DNA of 60,000 bases from Camelus dromedarius (GCF_036321535.1 NC_087437.1:77254001-77314000), one strand, 5' to 3'. Numbered from the stretch's first letter, positions 36,401 to 50,254 are shown. A program made the numbers and translations. The notes: a model not told the origin generated them from the sequence alone.

Positions 36401-38129
36401 CAAACTGCACGCTGGGTAAAGCCAATAGGAAGTGAGGGCGCTATTAGAAATGCCGAAAAGGAGCAAATACCTGTTATATCTTTTTTGTTAAGCATGCCTG
36501 AGCCATTGCATTTTCTCAGTGTTCTGCTGAAGGAGCATGCTTCATTGTCTAGAGGGTAACTTGTTTAGAGTGTTGTGTTTTTGGCAAACTAATAGTGAAA
36601 AATTTATCAAAGTGACATGGGTCCTGGCAAGACCTAGTTGCTTTCTTTTCATATACTGGAATTCATATGCAAAGTAGGTAAAACTTCTGGCTTGGATCAA
36701 AGGTAGTACATCTATGTAGATACAGAAAAATGGGGCATTTACCCTGTGGTCTGGGTGGTGATGCTTAAAGATATGCCTTCATGTGTAGCTCTGTGTATAT
36801 GTGTGTTAGAGGAATAGGAAGGTCCAGAATGGCTTGGAAATTCTTTAAGTATATTAACATCAAGATAATAAGCTTGACCTCTTTTAAAAGATTGTCATTT
36901 CCTGTTGGTCTCTTAAATTCATTGATCTTTTATAGTGTTTGTTTTATTGTTTCTCATTTCATGGTAAAATAGCAGAAGCAATAAGTCATCTCCTTAACCA
37001 GAAAAAAAGATGATGATTTTTAGAATTTTATGAGTTGCAATGCCCAGGGAGGACCAGGAAGATAGAGGCTAGAGAGAGTGGAGGAAGGGGAAGCAATGAA
37101 CGAAACAGGCAAGGCTTTTGCTTCAAATTTTCTACACCAATAGCTTGTACAACATTCTCTGTTGATAGTTCTGTCATTTTTCTGTACTCTAAATTCCAAC
37201 AAAGAATTTACTGAAACAGCAAATCATCTCTCTTACAAACTAAGTGTCAAAGAGCTCAGTGAAGTGTTTAGAAATAATAAAGCAAGAGAAGGGGGAAAAA
37301 AAGAAACCGATAATGAGGTGAGAAGAAAATATTTTCAAATGAGATTTAAAATCAAGGGAGAAAAATGTGAACTAGATATTCAAATAAATAAGGAGCAGTG
37401 GAAGTCATTTAAGAAACCTGCAGATAAAGATTTTACATATTTTATGGAAGTAAGCAAAGTGTAGGCGAGTCTCCTGAAGTTTGGTAAACATTGTTTGAAG
37501 TCAAATTTTCTGGTGAGGTGAGAAAGTATAATTCCATAGTCACTTATCACTCATTTCTCTGTACTGCAAATGAGGGTAGCTGACTTTTTCTCTATTGCAT
37601 GCAACATCAGCACATCCTGAGATCGCTTACAAAGATATGGATGCCTCAAATTTATCTTAGCTAGCCTTTGATATGATGAGAGCTTAGTGAGGTAAAGGGC
37701 TTTTTAGAATGCAGTGTAATTCTATGTTAGCTAAACCATGAATAACTTTTGAAAATAATTACATTGACTATATATTTTATAAAGGCTATAGCATCTAATT
37801 ATAAATAAAACAAGACATTCCCCAATGTAGGGAGCAAATACCCAGATTAATTTACTTTTAGGGTTTGCAGCAGAATGCAGAGTGTAACTCAGGTGAACTC
37901 AAGTGAGAAGACTTACAAAAAGTAATCATCATTAGCTCTTCCTAAGTTTGTAATTAAGTTTTAGTGTTCGGTGAAAATATATATGCAGATGTTTTAATGA
38001 GCCAAACGTTTGCATAAGAATTATGAAATGAGAGTCAGTTACCTGTCCTCCCTGACTGTTGCATTTCCCATACCTCGGGTTCACTTTTAACACTCACTTG
38101 TGTGTGTTTACCTCCATATTGTCAAATAA

Positions 38130-40740
38130 CACTTGTTATATTAGTAGCTTTAAGAAAAACTTTAAGCATCAATTTGTTAATTTCTCACCATGAGAAATGT
38201 GGACTTGGCATTTTTTCACCCTCTAGCCCTCCTTACTGCACAAATTTCCCCAAACTTGTGAGTTATAACATTACTTATATCAATATTCAGCATTCACATC
38301 ATTGTATTTTTGTAGATGTTGACTGTGCTATATTTTATACTAGGATTATTTTTGCTTTCTTAAACAACCTTCTTGGTGTTAAGTATACTATTTTTTTTAT
38401 TGACTTGGTTTTGTCTGCCCTAACTCTCCCTAAGTTGTTCCAAATTCATTAGGATTGTATCAGGTTCTTGGAGACAACTATTCAGAGGCTGCTGATCTTT
38501 TTCCAGCTGGACTGGTTATGTTCTATGCCTTAAAAATACCATCATCCTGAGATACCTACCTTCAAGGTAAACCTAAAGAGATCCTGCTCTCTCCTGAGTT
38601 GGAGCTCCCATTCCCTGAATCTAATGCTTTGCTCTTTCTTGATTTACTCTTTCGTTTGGGTGAAGTAACTCTTCCAGGGGTTTTCTTAGAAAGACAGCAT
38701 GGGAAATAAATTGTTAGAAAGGTTGTATGTTTAAAAATACCTGTAATGTTCCCTTTTACCTGACTGATATTATCACTGGGTATGGTGTTATTGATTCAGA
38801 ATAATTTTCCTCCATATTTCAAAGGCATTTCTCCATTGTCCTCTATCTTTGGTGTAACTTTGAGAGATCAAAGTTCTTTGTAATTACTGATTGTGGAAGC
38901 TTAATTTATAATCTTCTCTTTATTCCTGAAGTCCTGAAATTTTACAGTTAAATGCCTTTGGTCTACCAATTTTCAGCTATCATGCTGGGCATAATCTAGA
39001 GATTGATATCCTTCATTTCTAGGAAATTTTCTTAAATTATTAATGATTTTCTACTATCTTTTTTTTCCATTCTTTCTGTCTGGGTTTCCTATTAGTCCAA
39101 TACTGGATCTCTTCAAATGGTCCTCTAATTTTCTTATATTTATTTTTAAATCTTTTCAGTGTCTTCTGGTTTTGAAAAAAAATTTATGTTTCATTTGCTC
39201 TGCTTTCTGTGAGAATTTCTTTAATGTTTCAAAACTTTATCTGAAGTTTCTATTTATGCTGTTTTTAATTTTTAAGAGCAATTCTGTTTATTTATATAGC
39301 TTTTTATTTTCATAGCTGTAATTTTTTTCTTAACTCTGAACATAGTAATAAAACTTATATTAAAGTTTCTTTCAATCTGTGTAGTATCTACTTCCTCCAC
39401 ATTGTTTATTTTATTCTCTATTCATGCTATAAGAGATAGACTAAAAGCTTTTTGGGAAACACATAGGGATAATTTTTTCTATTGCAGACTTTGAAGTATG
39501 AAGATCTGGCTGTACCGTTTTAGTGAGAGACTCTCAATTTTAGCATTTTAGATCTTTCTCTTGATGTGGCAAAAATTCCCAGAAAAGAATATCCCAGATA
39601 TACGCCTGCCTGCCATATTTCTGGAAATTGAGTGGGGGAAGAGGGCTAAGGGATTCTCAACATTAATAAATAAACACTGACTCCTCCTAGCCCATAACCT
39701 GCTCTCAACTGTAGCTACTCATCTCCAATACAAAGACTCTGCGTTTTACACTCCCCAGAGAATAAACCTACAATCTTCTGTCTTGGTCAGTATAGTTAGT
39801 TCACACTGTCATAACAAAATACCACAGACCAGGTGTCTTAAACAACAGAAGTTTATTTTCTCACAGTTTAGGAAAATGGAAGTCCAAGCTCAAGGTACCA
39901 GTGAGATTGATTTCTCCTGCGACCTCTCTCTCTGACTTGCAGACTTCTCCCTGACTTGCTGGCTTCTCTCTATGTCCTCACGTGGCCTTTCCTCTGTGCA
40001 CCCATTCCTGATCTCTCCTCCTCTCTTTGTAAGGACGCTAGTCCTGTTGGATCAGGGACCTACCCTATGATCTCATTTAACTTTAACTACCTCTTTAAAG
40101 GCTCTGTCTCCAAGTATAGCCAAGCTTAGGGTTAGGACTTCAACATAGGAATTTGTGAGGGGGCAGGGCTTGGCGGGGACACAAAATTCAGTCCATAGCA
40201 GTTGGAGAGAGTCAGTTGTTCAGCTGTGCAGAGTGTGATTGAGGATCTGTGGGTCTCTCTACTTCTTAAGCTCACTCCACAAATCCTCGTTTTATCCCAC
40301 GTTCACCCCCACCCCAGAGTTAGCAGGTGATGCCAGTTGCTGAACCTATGAGAGATTCTATGATATAAATCATGTTGCTTGTCTTTCTTCCTCACTGCCA
40401 ACTTAGAATTAAGCTTTTTCAGAGTGACTCAATTAATTAGAACTCCTCTTTCAGCTTCTCTAGTTTCAAAATTTTGTTGCTATCACAAGATTTATATTAA
40501 AATGTTTAATAATCGGTATGTTATGGGAGCCAACCAGTGAGAAAAGATGCCTGACTGATTAGAATAAACCCCAGCCAGACGCCATGCAGCTACCTAGCAG
40601 ATGAATGCTCGTGTTCTGCTTTCCCCATCTTTTATTCTTTGTGGGTATGTGCCATTTGAAATAAAATGCCTTTACCTGTCATTTAATTTTCATTTTTAGA
40701 GGAACCACAATAAAATGTGTGAGTTTAATCTATTGTCTTT
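38130..40740 (-). mobile_element. HAL1 / ancient L1 element, degraded, interrupted by MLT1A
   Basis: Reverse counterparts of the 32.6-35 kb motifs: GGTTTTCTTAGAAAGACAGCATGGGAAATAAATT, CAGAATAATTTTCCTCC, CTTCATTTCTAGGAAATTTTCTT. Confidence 0.6.
39790..40200 (-). mobile_element. ERVL-MaLR solo LTR (MLT1A0-like)
   Basis: CTGTCATAACAAAATACCACAGAC..TTAAACAACAGAAGTTTATTTTCTCACAGTT..GGAAGTCCAAG.TCAAGGT; ends AATTCAGTCCATAGCA. Confidence 0.85.
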
Positions 40741-41522
40741 GTCAGAAAAACATTTTGTTGAAAATTTCAAAATTAAACATGAAGTCTTACTTTTATTTCA
40801 GCTTATTCCTAGCTAAATATGACTTTTGAAATGTTTGAACTGTCAGTGGACCATTCTCATTGGATAACTTTCAGGAAAGAGTTTTTTTAAAAGACAGATT
40901 GTGTATATAAGTTGCTCCAGGTACTATAGTCATCTTGCTGATCCTCCATATCATGAAATATAAGATTTTTAAAAATCTTCTGCTGTCATATTTTCAATAC
41001 TTTTATCAATGCGTGAATCCCTGTTAAAACAGTTTTCACTTTCTCTGGTTGATCTTCCCTGAGCTCTAGTGCAATATTGATAATTTTCCCCATCTTTTGA
41101 TCTTATATATATACTTCTATCACTTAACTTTTTACTTGCTAATATGGCACATACTGTTAATTTCCTACTCAATATTATTTCTAATTCTTCCTTGCTAAGA
41201 GAACTTAGATTTGGTGTGTAAAATATTTGCTTTTCCAGGTTCTCTCAAGCCTGGTATGGCCGTGTGACACAGTTCTAGCCAAAGAGATAAAATCAGAAAT
41301 CTGTTGAAATTCCTATAGACCCTGAATGTTTTTGGAATAAATGAGTGAATGAATAAATAAATAACCCCAAAAGTTGGTCAGATTCTGTTGAAAATTTCCT
41401 AAGTTGGAGGCTTAGACTTTTAACTCTTGTTAAATGATTCATTATTTTTGTAGAACTGAAGGTTCTGAGTTTTACAGCTCTGCTCTACCGTTTTATATAT
41501 ATACATGATTAAATTCCTAAGT

Positions 41523-41735
41523 CAGGGGTTCACGAACCAAGCCTGGGGCCTAGTTTTATAGATAAAATTTTACTAGAACATAGCCATATGTTTACTAGAA
41601 CATATGTATATGTTGTCTATTGCTGCTTTCATACAACAATGACAGTTGAATATTGAAACCAAGACCACATAACTCCAAAAGTCCAAAATACCAGCTAAAT
41701 TCCCTTTATAAAAAAAGTTTATGGATCTCTGTTTC
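41523..41735. mobile_element. hAT-Charlie MER58A-like
   Basis: CAGGGGTTCAC..., ATAAAATTTTACTAGAACATAGCCA, TGTTGTCTATTGCTGCTTTCA, CCCTTTATAAAAAAAGTTT. Confidence 0.65.
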
Positions 41736-41879
41736 TAAATCATTTAACCTCTCTGAGTCTTCTTTTCTTTACCTTTAAACATTATAATTTCTGAGCATTT
41801 AAAAAAAATTTTGGATGTATTTTTTAACCAAAAGAATTTATTATAAATGTAGTGAATAACCAGTAAAGTTGTCTTTTAC

Positions 41880-42430
41880 ATTGTATCCCTTCAAATATTT
41901 GAAGACAGCAAAGCATGATCTAAGTTACCTTGTCTTTAGGCTAAATCACAGCAGTTCGTCTAGCTGTTTCTCAGTATTTTGTCAAGTATTTGTTTTCATT
42001 TTTCAGTATTACCATTAAAATGTAGAGCCCAGAACAAAATACAGCCCCACAGTTTGATATGACAAGCCCAGAGAATAACTTCCGAAATGGACAACTTTCT
42101 TGTAAACTAAATTCTGATTAACTCATTCCAAGATTATATTTACTTGCTAACCACTACATCTCAATATTGACTTTTGGGGAATTAAAACTTTTAGGTTTTT
42201 GACAGGCCCATTATTCATTTAAATTGGCATATAGGCTTTTCCATTTTTTCCTGTCGAAATACATGTCACTGATTTTTAACCCATCCTTTAAATCTAGTGA
42301 ACTAATTTCAAACATTGACTCTGCCAGTCATTATTTTAGCTAATCCTCTAAACTTTGAAACTTTTGAAAAATTCAATAAAGTGAATGACAAGTTATTAAA
42401 ATAGGATATTGCCACAGGGCAGAGTTGTAG
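41880..42430. mobile_element. L3/CR1-like ancient LINE fragment
   Basis: CTTTAGGCTAAATCAC..., TTAAAATGTAGAGCCCAGAACAAAATACAG resembles recalled L3/CR1 segments. Confidence 0.4.
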
Positions 42431-43026
42431 CATCATTATTATCAAATTTATTTCATACTATATATTTAACATATGCTAAGTACATAAATATATATGTGTA
42501 TATATACAAAATCAGGTTTTACTGTATATCAGATCTATATTAAATCTTTTTCTGCATCATCTTAATACATATTCATAATAATGAGGATACTTCTAATATC
42601 CCCATTTTACACAATGAAGAATCTGAGGCCCAAAGAAGCTAAATTAAAACTAAGGTAGTCTTATTGCATAATTGGTACTCTTCTACTAAGACAAATTGCT
42701 TCTTCCTAAGGGAATGCTAAAAAAAATTTATTTCCTAAAGTCTGTCTGTTTTCATTTAATTGTAAGAGAAGGGATTAGGGCATAATGAAAAGAGGTACAA
42801 TCATAAACTGTGAGAATTTGACTTTATTCAACTTTTAAAGCATTTCAACTTTGAAAATTATATATATTCACTGTTAGTGAGCATGACCTTAAGTGTAAGG
42901 TATCTGCACTATGAAAAAGCTATAAAAACCCAGCAGACAGTTATAGATTAAAGTAAATGAGGAAGGAAAACTGTTTAACCACTGAAGTCATTTTGTCTAA
43001 TTTACTGGCATTTAGTGTTGGAGTAT

Positions 43027-43583
43027 TTTAGGAAGGAAAAAGTGATTTCCCTCTACCCATTTTAAGTTCACTAGCTAGGGCCCTGGAAATTAGACTAGCA
43101 GAAGACAGATTAACAAGAGAGAAATAAACAGAAGTTTATTAGCATGTGCATACCCATGGGAACACTCAGAGGTAAGTAACTGAGAGCGTGGTTAGTACTT
43201 GGGCTTATGTAGCATCTTAATAAAAGGTAAAATTTTAAAGAAGTGGCAAGGCAAAGGAAAATGACTTTAAGCTTCTTGTGACTGGCAAATTGTGGGAAGG
43301 CAAATATATGGGGAAATTGATGGTAGAGAAGGGCTAGTTTTAACGTGGTTTGTTAGGTTGATTTCTCTGGTGCCCTCTCTGAGCTGATAAGGATCTAGAG
43401 TTGTCTCTGGTGATTAACTTCTGTTAAGGGAGGGGAGACACCTTTACAAACTGATGTCCTGCTTTTGGGACATAGCTGGAGAGCAGAGAGCTTTTCTTGT
43501 ATCTACTTCTCAGTTGCCTTCACTTCAAAATAATCCTTATGACAAAGTGGCATGTTTTGGGTGGCAAATTCTGCTACACTTCA
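43027..43583 (-). mobile_element. ERV1 solo LTR (MER34/MER39-like)
   Basis: AAGACAGATTAACAAGAGAGAAA, AAGTTTATTAGCATG (poly(A) signal on -), TCAAAATAATCCTTATGACAAAGTGGCATGTTTTGGG; ends CACTTCA. Confidence 0.75.
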
Positions 43584-45031
43584 TTATAAGTGGATGTTAG
43601 ATTCAGGAAGGCATAAGAACACTCTCTTTTGACTTTAATTTTATTTACCATAGAGACTTGTAAAACTTTGTGTTTAAGGAGTTCATCAGATAAAACATTC
43701 AGAATGTACAGAAGCTGATGGAAAGTAGGGAACTTAATGCCAAGAGCTCTTAGAGAAGGATACTTAAAACCAAAACTCCGTGGCCTTGGATTCTTTCACT
43801 TGCCCTCAGGGCATCTAAAAGGGCCTCTAGAGAACAGAGAATAGGGACATCTGGGGAGCCCTATTGTCTTTGGCTGTCACAGTGATTGGGAAAGTTACTC
43901 GCAATTAATGTGGGAGCCAAATGTTGGGCAGTGAACAAGGGTAGTCCCATCTACAGCTGTCTGCAACTCTATTTTATCATCGTTTACTTAAACCTTAAGA
44001 CTTCTGAGAAACTATCTCTTAAGGAATAGGCTGAGCTTTAAGGCTATAATCCTACACTTTTTGAAAGGGGAAAGAAAAAACAACAATAGTTTGCTTTAAT
44101 GAGATTCCTTTCCTTTTCTACCGTCATGATTGAAGCAATGCAGGAAACTGCCTGAACTCTAAAATAGAGCTAAGAACTCTGGCTTTTATTCCTAATTATC
44201 TAGTAATATAGAGTATGACTTTGAGCTAGTTATTTATTCTGTCCATGTGTAAAAATGAGGATAATGTCACCGGAAGAACATTTGAATAGTTTCTACAGTG
44301 GTTGATGGTGAGGATCCTGCCCAAGTGCAATCCCAGTGAATACAAGGAAGCTTTAAAATAGAGTTATACTTTGCTTGTTTTTCTTTTTCAAAATAGTATC
44401 TTCTATTTCCCTCCCAATTTAGTCTAAATCTATGGTTATAATAGAATCCAGTGTGCCTTCATTTCTTTTGAGCCACCTAAAAAATCTTGCAAGATGTCTT
44501 ACAATAGACCCTTGGTACTAAAATGCTGTTAGGAATTCATCATATATAACAAAGGATCTGAGCCTTAGCACAGATGGGAAGACTCACCATTGTGACATTT
44601 ATAGTGACAGTGTGTGGCAAGACAGAACTCAGAATTCCAAACCACACATTAATAGTGAATTCATAGAAGCTGATTCTGGCTCTGCTTTTGGCCTCAGTCC
44701 CTGAAAAGTTGATGGCAAGCCCTAGCCTACAGCTCTCAAGGAGAAAACCTTCTTAATCAACTTTTCAGTGAGTTAAAAACATCTTATGTTATGTCAGTGG
44801 CTATGATTGGAATTTTCCTAAGTAAAGTGAGAACCATTTAAATTTACAGTGACTTTTTCTTGGTGGCTACGCACTTATTTGTATTTTTATGATTACTGGA
44901 TCTTTCCAGAGTTAATTATCAGCTAATGAGTATTTATTATGAGGTCCACCTTCTGCAGGGCCCAGGAAGAGATGAAATCATTTACAAAGGCCCTGCCATC
45001 AAAGTGTTTACAATTTCCAACATATTGGAAA

Positions 45032-45220
45032 GCTGTGATGTCCAACACAATAGGGACTACCCATAGGTGACTTAAGTCTAATGAGATAAAAAATTCAGCT
45101 CCTCAGGTAAACTAACCGCATTTCAAAAGTTCAATAGGCATAAGCACATGTGGCTAGTTGCTACCATATTGGACAATGAGAATTTCCATCATCACAGATT
45201 TTTCTATTGGACTGTGCTGA
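45032..45220. mobile_element. hAT-Charlie MER3-like
   Basis: ACATGTGGCTAGTTGCTACCATATTGGACA..ATTTCCATCATCACAGA..TTCTATTGGACTGTGCTG. Confidence 0.75.
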
Positions 45221-46097
45221 TCTAGGATAATATTCATTTAAAACCAATTTTTAAAAATAGTAAATTTGAAGTTTGGTTCAATAGTTTAATTTCTTTATTT
45301 TAAAGAGATTAGGTTATAGTTGGTAATGCCCAAATTACAACAACATGTTTCTCTGCAGTTGGTGGTAGAATGAGTGAAAAAAGCACATGACTTTCAGTCA
45401 GACTGGACCCTTCCTTCCCCCGTCCTTCCCTCCCTTCCTTCCTTCTTCACTTTCCAAAGTGTATTCTGGGTCATTTTCACATACGTGTGGGGAAGGGAGA
45501 GAGGAGTTTGGGGTCTCTCTGTTTGGAAGAAATGAAGCAATGAGTGGGGATTTTCTGATTCTAAGCACTTTCTGTTACTCATATGAGATGTTCTTGGATT
45601 TACCTACTTTTACACGCTGCCTGAATGACCCCTCCCTATTTTATCTAACCTAATGTAATGGTCCTTTTTGGTTTTTGAAATGACTTTTCACCAAGAGGTC
45701 ATATCCTTTTCAAGTGCTAATCATTACATTTCTTTCTTTACAACATCTTTTCTCATACTCGCATTCAGTTTGTGCCATTTCAGGACTCCCTATATATATG
45801 ACGCTATTAATCGTACATTTAATATATGTTCACGAAAATATTTTACCACAACACCTAGCACAATACTCAACACATGCTAGGTTATTAGGAAATGCTGCTG
45901 ATGGTGTAGAAGCAGACCTTTACAAAGTGGAATAATAACTGATCTATTCCAGATGTGTGATTAAAATGTTCAACACTACAAGGCAAATACAAAATGGAAC
46001 TCAATTCCCTGTTACTAAAATGTAGTCTTCTCAAATCATTTTAAAAATGTCATGGTGAATTTCATGCTGTAATTCCTGACCATACAAAATTGCCTTT

Positions 46098-47176
46098 ATT
46101 GGAGAAATGTTTGTTTAGGTCTTCTGCCCATTTTTGGATTGGGTTGCTTTTTTTTGTTATTGAGTTGTATGAGCTGTTTGTTTATTTGGGAAATTAAGCC
46201 CTTGTCAATTGTATCATTTTGCAAATAATATATACATGGCCAATAGGCATGTGAAAAAATGCTCACTATCACTAATTATCAGAGAAATGAAAATCAAAAT
46301 ACAATAAGGCATCACCTTGCACCAGTCAGAATGGCCATTGTTAAAAAGTCCACAAAGATAAATGCTGGAGAGGGTATGGAGAAAAAGGAACTCTCCTACA
46401 CTGTTGGTGGGAATGTAGTTTGGTGCAGCCACTATGGGAAACAGTATGTCAATTCTTTAAAAAAGTGAAAATAGACTTACCATATGATCCAGCAACCCCA
46501 CTCCTGGGTATATATCTGGAAAAAACTCTAATTTGAAAAGATACATGCACCCCCATGTTCATAGCAGCACTATGATAGCTATCAATAGCCAAAGCATGGA
46601 AACAACCTAAATGTCTATCAACAGATGCCTGGATAAAGAAGCTGTGGTATATTTATACAATGGAACACTACTCAGCCATAAAAAAAATAAAATAATGCCA
46701 TTTGCAGCAACATGGATGGACCTGGAGATCATCATTCTAAGTGAAGCAAGCCAGAAAGAGAAAGAAAAATGCCATGTGATATGACTTATACAGGAAATCA
46801 AAAAAAAAAAAAAAAAAGAAGAGTACAAATGAACTTACGTATAAAGCAGAGACAGACTCACAGACTTAGAAAGCAAACTTACGGTTACCAGGGAGGGTTA
46901 AATTGGGAGCTTGGGATCTGCAGATACCAACCACTATGTATATAAAATAGACAGGCAACAACCTTATCCTATATAGCACAGGGAGCTATGTTCAATACCT
47001 TGTAATGGCCTATGATGAATATGTGTGTATATATATATAAATACTTATTTAAATATATATTACTTATATACGTATATATATAAATCACTATGGTGTACAG
47101 CAGTAATTAATACAACATTGTAAATCGACTATATGTCAATTAAAAATAAATAAATAATTAAATTTTTTTTAATTTT
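46098..47176 (+). mobile_element. 5'-truncated L1 with 5' inversion (46098-46228 inverted; 46229-47160 sense) and TSD
   Basis: The sense part carries the ORF2 C-terminus, 3'UTR and an A-rich tail (AATTAAAAATAAATAAATAA). The first ~130 bp are the reverse complement of the adjacent upstream L1 segment. TSD AAATTG(C/T)CTTT at 46087-46097 and 47177-47187. Confidence 0.9.
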
Positions 47177-47209
47177 AAATTGTCTTTTTAAAGTGACATG
47201 TAAGTGGTT

Positions 47210-47247
47210 GCCCAGCTAGCTCAGTCGGTAGAGCATGAGACTCTTAA
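47210..47247 (+). pseudogene. 5'-half tRNA-Lys(CTT) tailless retropseudogene
   Basis: GCCCAGCTAGCTCAGTCGGTAGAGCATGAGACTCTTAA equals the first 38 nt of tRNA-Lys-CTT, ending in the anticodon loop. Flanked by AAA(G/A)TGACATGTAAG at 47190-47204 and 47247-47261. Confidence 0.88.
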
Positions 47248-50200
47248 AAATGACATGTAAGAAGCAGTAATTTACTGCTTTATAATTATCTCATCTTTCT
47301 TCACAACCACATACCTCAATGTGTACCACTGACAGGTATTTAGTGACCTTGTGCGTATGATGATCACTTCAGTATATTAAAACTCAACTGTGGTTTAACA
47401 AAATTACACCAATTCATGTGTATGTTTATTAAATATTTGTATTTACCATGGCTTTGTTCTCTCTAATATCTGTACATGTTTATCAGTATTAAATTTTCTT
47501 TGACCTCTAAGTTATCAATGAGTATCTTGAGTAATATTAATCTCAGTAGCAATTCTTTGTATAATTTTCTTCACATTTCAGACAAAAGTATGAATGTGCT
47601 GAATGTAACTACCATTCATTTAGTAGAGTCATCCTCCAGATTCAGGGATTTTGTTATTCACAGTTTTAGACATTTGCTCCACTGTGAACTGTCAAACACA
47701 CAACGTTGTTTTATTGTTTGCTGTTACTCTAGCAGCTCCTACCATCTGTAGCTTATTCTGCCTTCCTTGTTAAAAGTAAATTTATAAAGCATTAAAGAAA
47801 GACATTAAAGACAGATAAGCACCTAATGGAGTCTTCCAGGAAATATGAGAAAATTTTCAAAATAGAGGTACTTTCATACACTGTTGGTGGGAATAAAACT
47901 GGCTATGTATTTTCCAAATGCAATTTGACAATGCACACCAAGAAATCCTTTTTAAAAAGTGTTTGGGGTTTTGCTTTTTACTTTTTTTCTTAACAAAAGC
48001 ATAGATAGTTCAATAGCCATCCAAGAATACTGCATAGACTGAATAAATCAAGGATTTTCCTACTTGATGGAACTTGGATAGATAGTAATTCCAGGTCTAA
48101 GAAGCGGAATCTTTTGGATCATTCAGTCTTGCCTTTCTTGTGTCCCCAAGGTGTTTAACTCTGCTGCAGCAGAGGATTCATTTACATTTAACACCCACCC
48201 CCAAAGAATTTGTCCCTCTTGAAAAAACAGCTTTTCACTGCTGAGAATGGGGGAATTAATGGAGAAACACAAATTTATTTGGAAAAGTCTGTACAAATAT
48301 CTGTTCACTATAATTTTAGTGAGCATTTCTTTGCATATCTGGATCAGTTGCTCACAGTTTAAAAGCGGCTACTGAAATTGTGGCAGTTCAATCTGTCCTC
48401 CTTGAGAAGCTTAGTAGCACTATACGTCAAAGTTAACCACCTAATTTTGTGGATCTCAGACTGCTCTTACTGGATCCTGGAAGCAGTTCTTCACAATGAT
48501 CAAAACTTGGATAAAGCATTTAAGAAGTTATCTACTCATTGATCTATTCAAGGACCACTTTACAATGATAGGCTCTCATCATTGCTCGTTTCTTTACCTG
48601 TATCATTCCTACAAGCATAGGGCTTTGTGATTAGTCCCATAGTTTCAGGTATACTTTTTGTTTTTAAAGAAACCTCCTGTTTTCAATCTCCCAAGTGACA
48701 GTAAGATGTATGTATTATATATTTGCCCAGTAACTGTTTCTTGTTCCATTAAGTGCTGAAAAGGATTTATCAGACCAGTACATGTAAATTAAATAGGCTT
48801 TAGGCTTAGCTATTCCACTATATATTACAAACTTGCAGCAAAACCTGACCATAATGAAATGCTTGTTTGAAGGTTATATTGATCTTCTCTCAGTCTTCAG
48901 AGGTTAACTGGCATTGGTTAGCAAAGTTGCATGAACTCAACATAAACCACCAGCCATTACTGCTACTTAACACCCCTTACTTATCAGCATTATTGTGCTA
49001 ACCATTTGATGACTTCCACCTACCTTTTAATTTTCTCCTTAATTGTTTGATATACCTTTAAATGAGAATACACATCTTCCTGCTATAAAGAAAGACTAAT
49101 ATTCTTTTATACCCAGATGTTATATTGTCTTCATTCAACTTACTATGACTATTATTTTGGGTGCTAAAAAAGAGAGAGAAGATGAGCCTGATTATAACAT
49201 TTAATGGGCTGTGTTCAATTTAATTATGTGAAGTTACATTTATTGTTTTGATAAACAGCCCTCAAATATAACTTTTATAAACAATAATCCCCTCCTGTCT
49301 GATTCAGAAACCATAGTGTATGCTTTGCTAAAAGTTATTTAATGTGAGTACCTTTCTGTTTATTGGCCATTGGAAACTTCCAATTATATCCTTTTAAATT
49401 ATTGCATCTTTCTGTATTTTATGACTCAATGTAAGCTACCTCAAATTATTATTTGAACAAAACAAGATATTAAGAAAAAATATAATTTTATTTTTACCTC
49501 CATACACCTGTAAGTCATCTTCTCTAGCTGTGGGGTGGGAGAGGGGAGTTAAGGATGATAAAACTTGATTTTGAGGAGATTATAAGCATCAATGTTATAC
49601 CCAGATATTTTTATTAAAACTTATTTTCTTTAACTGCTGTGTTCTAGTACAATAGCAAGAATGATCATTTATACTTCTATAGAGTAAAAAACAAAAATTG
49701 CTAAATATTACGGAACAAGAATGATGTAAGGGCTATTAACCCCAAGTTATATAGGAAATTGTAAACAGCCAAATCTTGAAGACAACTATGATATCTTTTA
49801 TTTTAAATTTATCTATATGTGACAGTATGTGCAAGCATTTTCACCTATGTTTAATAATGTAGTACAAACAACTTTGGGTTCATCTTACTGCTGCAGTAGA
49901 AGCTACATGCTGGGAATATAAGAAGTCTAGGGAAGATGCACTGTTTTTGATGTGCTACAGCTCTCCAAACAGTTGTCCTCGTGTGTGAGGATTTGGGCTG
50001 TACCTTGGCATAAAACCAATAATCGAAACAATTCCAGCTTTCTGCAAGGTGAAGAGTAATGGATCCAGACAGCTGTGTGCTTATGGATGTCGGTATCAAC
50101 ACAAGCTCACTGTACATATAAAGAGAGGAAGGAAGTTTGTGTGTTTGTGTGTGTGAGCTTGCACGTGTGTGCAGTGTCTCGTTCTTGGAGAAGCAGACTG

Positions 50201-50254
50201 CTAACACAGGAAAAGCACCGGACAAGGAGCTTGCATTTTTGCGTGTGTGCTGTT

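Noticed and set aside
37162..37464. 100-aa Lys/Glu-rich ORF ending near GAAGTAAGC
   Set aside because: A purine-rich compositional ORF with no ATG start and no recognisable homology.
47210..47247. Functional tRNA-Lys gene
   Set aside because: Only the 5' half is present; there is no T-arm/B box or 3' acceptor strand.
48159..48174. Perfect 16-bp palindrome CTCTGCTGCAGCAGAG
   Set aside because: About one such palindrome is expected by chance in 60 kb, and there is no extended hairpin.
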